Source: an uncultured Chthoniobacter sp. (GTDB taxonomy: Bacteria > Verrucomicrobiota > Verrucomicrobiia > Chthoniobacterales > Terrimicrobiaceae). From it: a stretch of DNA of 49,572 bases. Shown here in pieces: positions 47,199 through 49,572 of this stretch. A program made the translations under genes and the position numbers. How positions within the stretch are numbered: position 1 is the first letter of the stretch; every line of letters begins with the position of its first letter. The stretch lies in assembly GCA_964403605.1 (NCBI GenBank), contig CAYOGR010000001.1, forward strand, positions 1 to 49,572, given 5' to 3'. The notes beneath the pieces are model-generated. The model saw only the letters and a list, made by a program, of their open reading frames with translations, was not told where the DNA came from and made no database searches.

Positions 47199-47473
47199 TG
47201 CCCCTTGTCCCCCTCGGCATAACCGAATTTCGCATCCAGACGCTTCATCAGCACCGCATACGCCACCAGGATCAAAATGAAACAAATGATCGACCCCTGC
47301 TGCGCCATCCAAAATCCGAATGGAGCCGTCCCAACCGGCGGCAGGTGCTCATCCATCCACTCCCGGAAAAAAATCCCGCACCCGAAACTCACGAAAAACC
47401 AAATCCCGAGCAGCACACCGAGAATCCTAAGACAGGCCTGCGAGTAGGCGCGGTGATCAACGCTTTTGCTCAT
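47195..47473 (-). CDS. DUF4212-type small subunit of a sodium:solute symporter
   Basis: 92 aa with two TM helices. [46 protein letters not shown] matches my recollection of DUF4212. Its position directly upstream of an SSF gene is characteristic. Confidence 0.8.
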   Translation of the reverse strand: MSKSVDHRAYSQACLRILGVLLGIWFFVSFGCGIFFREWMDEHLPPVGTAPFGFWMAQQGSIICFILILVAYAVLMKRLDAKFGYAEGDKGQ

Positions 47474-47699
47474 TGGAAAAATGGTTCGGGTTTGTGAATC
47501 GACTGGTTTCCGAAGGAAGATGACCAGAGGGGGTGAATTGAAACATGGTGGAGGAGGTTGCTGGGCGACTCAAAGCATCTACCAACAGCCTTCCTACCCT
47601 ACAATAGGGAAATGCCTCCCGATCCGATCCCGGCCCGGAAAAGCGGAATCATCGACCGGAAGCGAACTTGTCCACTGGGCGTCGGCTTGTGAAGGAAGG

Positions 47700-48098
47700 C
47701 TATTTCCCCATGCTGAGAAACCAATGGGCGACGAGGGCCCCGGCCCAGACGGCCAAGAGACATAAAGCCACACTGGAAAGGATATTCACGCCGGCCAGGA
47801 GCATTTGGCCGGAGCGCATCAGGGCAAGCGTTTGCAAGCTGAATGAGGAGAAGGTGGTGAAACCACCGAAGATCCCGGCGAAGATCAGGGCACGAATACC
47901 GGAACCCGGGTTCCACAAGCCGCCCTCGAGAAGCAGCTCCGAGAAGACACCGATGCCGAAGGATCCAACGATGTTCACGAGCAGGGTTCCAAACGGGAAA
48001 AACGCAGCCCAAGACAGAGTCGCGACCCACTCGGAAATCAGCCAGCGCGCCAGGCTGCCAACGGCCCCGCCGGCCATGACCGCAAGGGCCTCCTTCAC
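47700..48098 (-). CDS. crcB: Fluoride ion channel CrcB/FluC
   Basis: [10 protein letters not shown]...[14 protein letters not shown]...GFTTFSSFS are CrcB motifs. The GTG at 48098 forms a GTGA overlap with the dcd stop (alternative ATG at 48077). Confidence 0.85.
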   Translation of the reverse strand: MKEALAVMAGGAVGSLARWLISEWVATLSWAAFFPFGTLLVNIVGSFGIGVFSELLLEGGLWNPGSGIRALIFAGIFGGFTTFSSFSLQTLALMRSGQMLLAGVNILSSVALCLLAVWAGALVAHWFLSMGK

Positions 48099-48667
48099 AT
48101 CCGCGGAATCGTGATGCCGCGCTGGCCCATGTATTTCCCGGCGCGGTCGGCATAGCTCGTCTCGCACATTTCGTTGCCGAGGAAAAACACGACCTGCGCC
48201 AATCCTTCGTTCGCATAGATCCGCGCAGGCAGCGGCGTGGTGTTCGAAATCTCAAGCGTCACATGCCCCTCCCACTCGGGCTCGAACGGCGTGACATTCA
48301 CAATGATTCCGCAACGGGCATAGGTGGACTTCCCGACGCAGATCGTGAGCACATCGCGGGGGATTCGGAAATACTCGACGCTGCGGGCGAGCGCGAAGGA
48401 GTTCGGCGGCACGACGCAGACATCGGTTTCCATGTCCACAAACGAACGGTCATCGAAGGATTTCGGATCGACCACACTGCCGAAGACATTGGTGAACACC
48501 TTGAATTCGTTGGAAACACGGAGGTCGTAGCCGTAGCTGGAAAGGCCGTAGCTGATCACGCGATCGCCGGCTTCCGTCTTTTTGACCTGACCGTTCACGA
48601 ACGGCTCGATCATTCCCTTCTCCGTCGCCATGCGACGGATCCATTGATCCGAGCAGACACCCATCAC
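48095..48667 (-). CDS. dcd: dCTP deaminase
   Basis: GMIEPF...[13 protein letters not shown]...[11 protein letters not shown]...EPEWEG motifs. Confidence 0.95.
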   Translation of the reverse strand: MMGVCSDQWIRRMATEKGMIEPFVNGQVKKTEAGDRVISYGLSSYGYDLRVSNEFKVFTNVFGSVVDPKSFDDRSFVDMETDVCVVPPNSFALARSVEYFRIPRDVLTICVGKSTYARCGIIVNVTPFEPEWEGHVTLEISNTTPLPARIYANEGLAQVVFFLGNEMCETSYADRAGKYMGQRGITIPRM

Positions 48668-48975
48668 ATTGAAAGACCGGGGATTTTCATCCCGCCGGTC
48701 AGCTTGCCCATTTCATCGCCTGCCATTTTCTTCGCGTCCTCCACGGCTTGGCGGACGGCGCTGAGGACGAGATCCTCGAGCATCTCGACATCGGCGGGAT
48801 CGACCACCTGCGGATCGATCTTGATCGAGGTGATCTCCCCCGAACCGGTGGCTTTGACGACGACTTTCCCCCCGCCGGAAGTGGCTTCGACGGTGCGGGC
48901 GGAGAGTAGGGCCTGGGCCTCGGCCATGCGTTCCTGCATGCGCTGGGCCTCTTTCAGCATTTTTGCGATGTTCAT
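48664..48975 (-). CDS. ybaB: Nucleoid-associated protein YbaB/EbfC
   Basis: [19 protein letters not shown]...[30 protein letters not shown]...[12 protein letters not shown], located directly downstream of dnaX as in most bacteria. Confidence 0.9.
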   Translation of the reverse strand: MNIAKMLKEAQRMQERMAEAQALLSARTVEATSGGGKVVVKATGSGEITSIKIDPQVVDPADVEMLEDLVLSAVRQAVEDAKKMAGDEMGKLTGGMKIPGLSM

Positions 48976-49572
48976 GGCTGGCGAGTCTGGAGGGTGCCCT
49001 TGAAGATTTCGAGGGCTTTTTCGATCAAAGGATCATTCAAAAAATCCGCCATCGGATCGACGGGTGTTTCTTCGACCGGCGAAGGCTCGGTCTCCACGGC
49101 GGCGACAGGCTCCTCACGGGGCTCCGGCATTTCCTCGACGGGAGCCACAGGCTGAAGGGACTCGTCAAAATCGAACTCCAAACGCATGGGGCGACCGAAC
49201 TCCTTCAGCAGGCGCTGTTCGATTTCCTTGATCCCCTGCTCCATGAAATAGGAACTCGCGGATTCGCGGGAGGACTCCGGGAAGCGGATGACAATCCTGC
49301 CTTCCTCGAGACGATCGAAAACCCCATCCCCCAGCCAACCGAAACGAATGAAGGAATTTTTCGAGAATTCTCCGGCGATCCTTTCCCAGACCACGGCGGC
49401 ATCGACATTTTGATCCGGGGAAACCGGCGTTGGATTGGGTGGAGCCGGTGATGGCTTCGGTGGATCGGGTGGAGGCTCCGGTGCCGACTCGATGGATGCG
49501 GGCGCGGGAGTCTCCGGCTTCGGCGGGGATTTGACCGGTGCCGCCACCGGGCGGGAAACCGGGCGCGGTGCG
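48972..49572 (-). CDS. dnaX: DNA polymerase III subunit gamma/tau, C-terminal part (5' end outside the window)
   Basis: The reading frame is open to the right window edge. A Pro-rich linker is followed by a tau C-terminal-like domain (WERIAGEFSKNSFIRFGWL...RIVIRFPES). The call relies largely on synteny with ybaB. Confidence 0.7.
   Translation of the reverse strand, partial: APRPVSRPVAAPVKSPPKPETPAPASIESAPEPPPDPPKPSPAPPNPTPVSPDQNVDAAVVWERIAGEFSKNSFIRFGWLGDGVFDRLEEGRIVIRFPESSRESASSYFMEQGIKEIEQRLLKEFGRPMRLEFDFDESLQPVAPVEEMPEPREEPVAAVETEPSPVEETPVDPMADFLNDPLIEKALEIFKGTLQTRQP

Noticed and set aside
47474-47699. 226-bp leader upstream of the DUF4212-SSF symporter operon, checked for a riboswitch or small ORF (29-codon ATGTTTCAATTC... 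frame, CCCTA-CAA-TAGGG hairpin at about 47597-47609).
   Set aside because: The mini-ORF is out of frame and has no supporting signals. The only clean hairpin is short and probably belongs to the end of the crcB transcript. I recognised no riboswitch core.
48077-48167. Possible fluoride riboswitch or independent promoter upstream of crcB.
   Set aside because: The crcB start abuts or overlaps the dcd stop (GTGA at 48095-48098), so there is no leader. The track's longer crcB ORF extension lies inside dcd.
1-49572. Search for mobile elements, prophage, defence islands, toxin-antitoxin pairs and CRISPR-Cas.
   Set aside because: I recognised no transposase, integrase, recombinase, phage structural, restriction-modification, Cas or TA-like protein in any frame. 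Terminal inverted repeats are absent, and composition appears uniform apart from short AT-rich spacers.

Overview
High-GC bacterial chromosomal segment of 49.6 kb. Gene content suggests the PVC superphylum, probably Verrucomicrobiota (Opitutae-like): many Gfo/Idh/MocA, xylose-isomerase-fold TIM-barrel and ThuA genes, a small basic protein gene, and few Shine-Dalgarno sites. This taxonomic call is inference only. The window is densely packed with about 50 protein genes and one tRNA-Arg(CCG). Most are housekeeping: der, pgsA, rluE, kpsF, ribD, tilS, serS, hisC, mnmE, ribBA, nuoD, argS, dcd, ybaB and the dnaX 3' end. I found no CRISPR array, rRNA, transposase or integrase. Many same-strand neighbours overlap by 1-4 nt (ATGA, GTGA, TAATG), which suggests translational coupling. 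Nearly every real gene is shadowed by a long antisense ORF, a GC3 artefact. The ORF track uses the earliest ATG/GTG/TTG, so I trimmed several starts to family-typical N-termini. The main candidates for undescribed biology are: (1) a heat-shock-linked operon, 35108-37865, of sHsp, then an uncharacterised 474-aa protein with ordered archaeo-eukaryotic-primase-like motifs, then an EndoIV/xylose-isomerase-fold TIM barrel; (2) a ClpX paralogue lacking the zinc finger, RKH and IGF loops, coupled to a DCC(DUF393)-lipase-maturation-factor fusion membrane protein, 6510-9475; (3) an orphan nuoD; (4) a coupled set of zinc-ribbon and secreted hypothetical genes, 13061-15440; (5) a 51-aa small basic protein gene below the ORF-track cutoff. 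All functional calls come from motif recognition by eye; no database search was possible.
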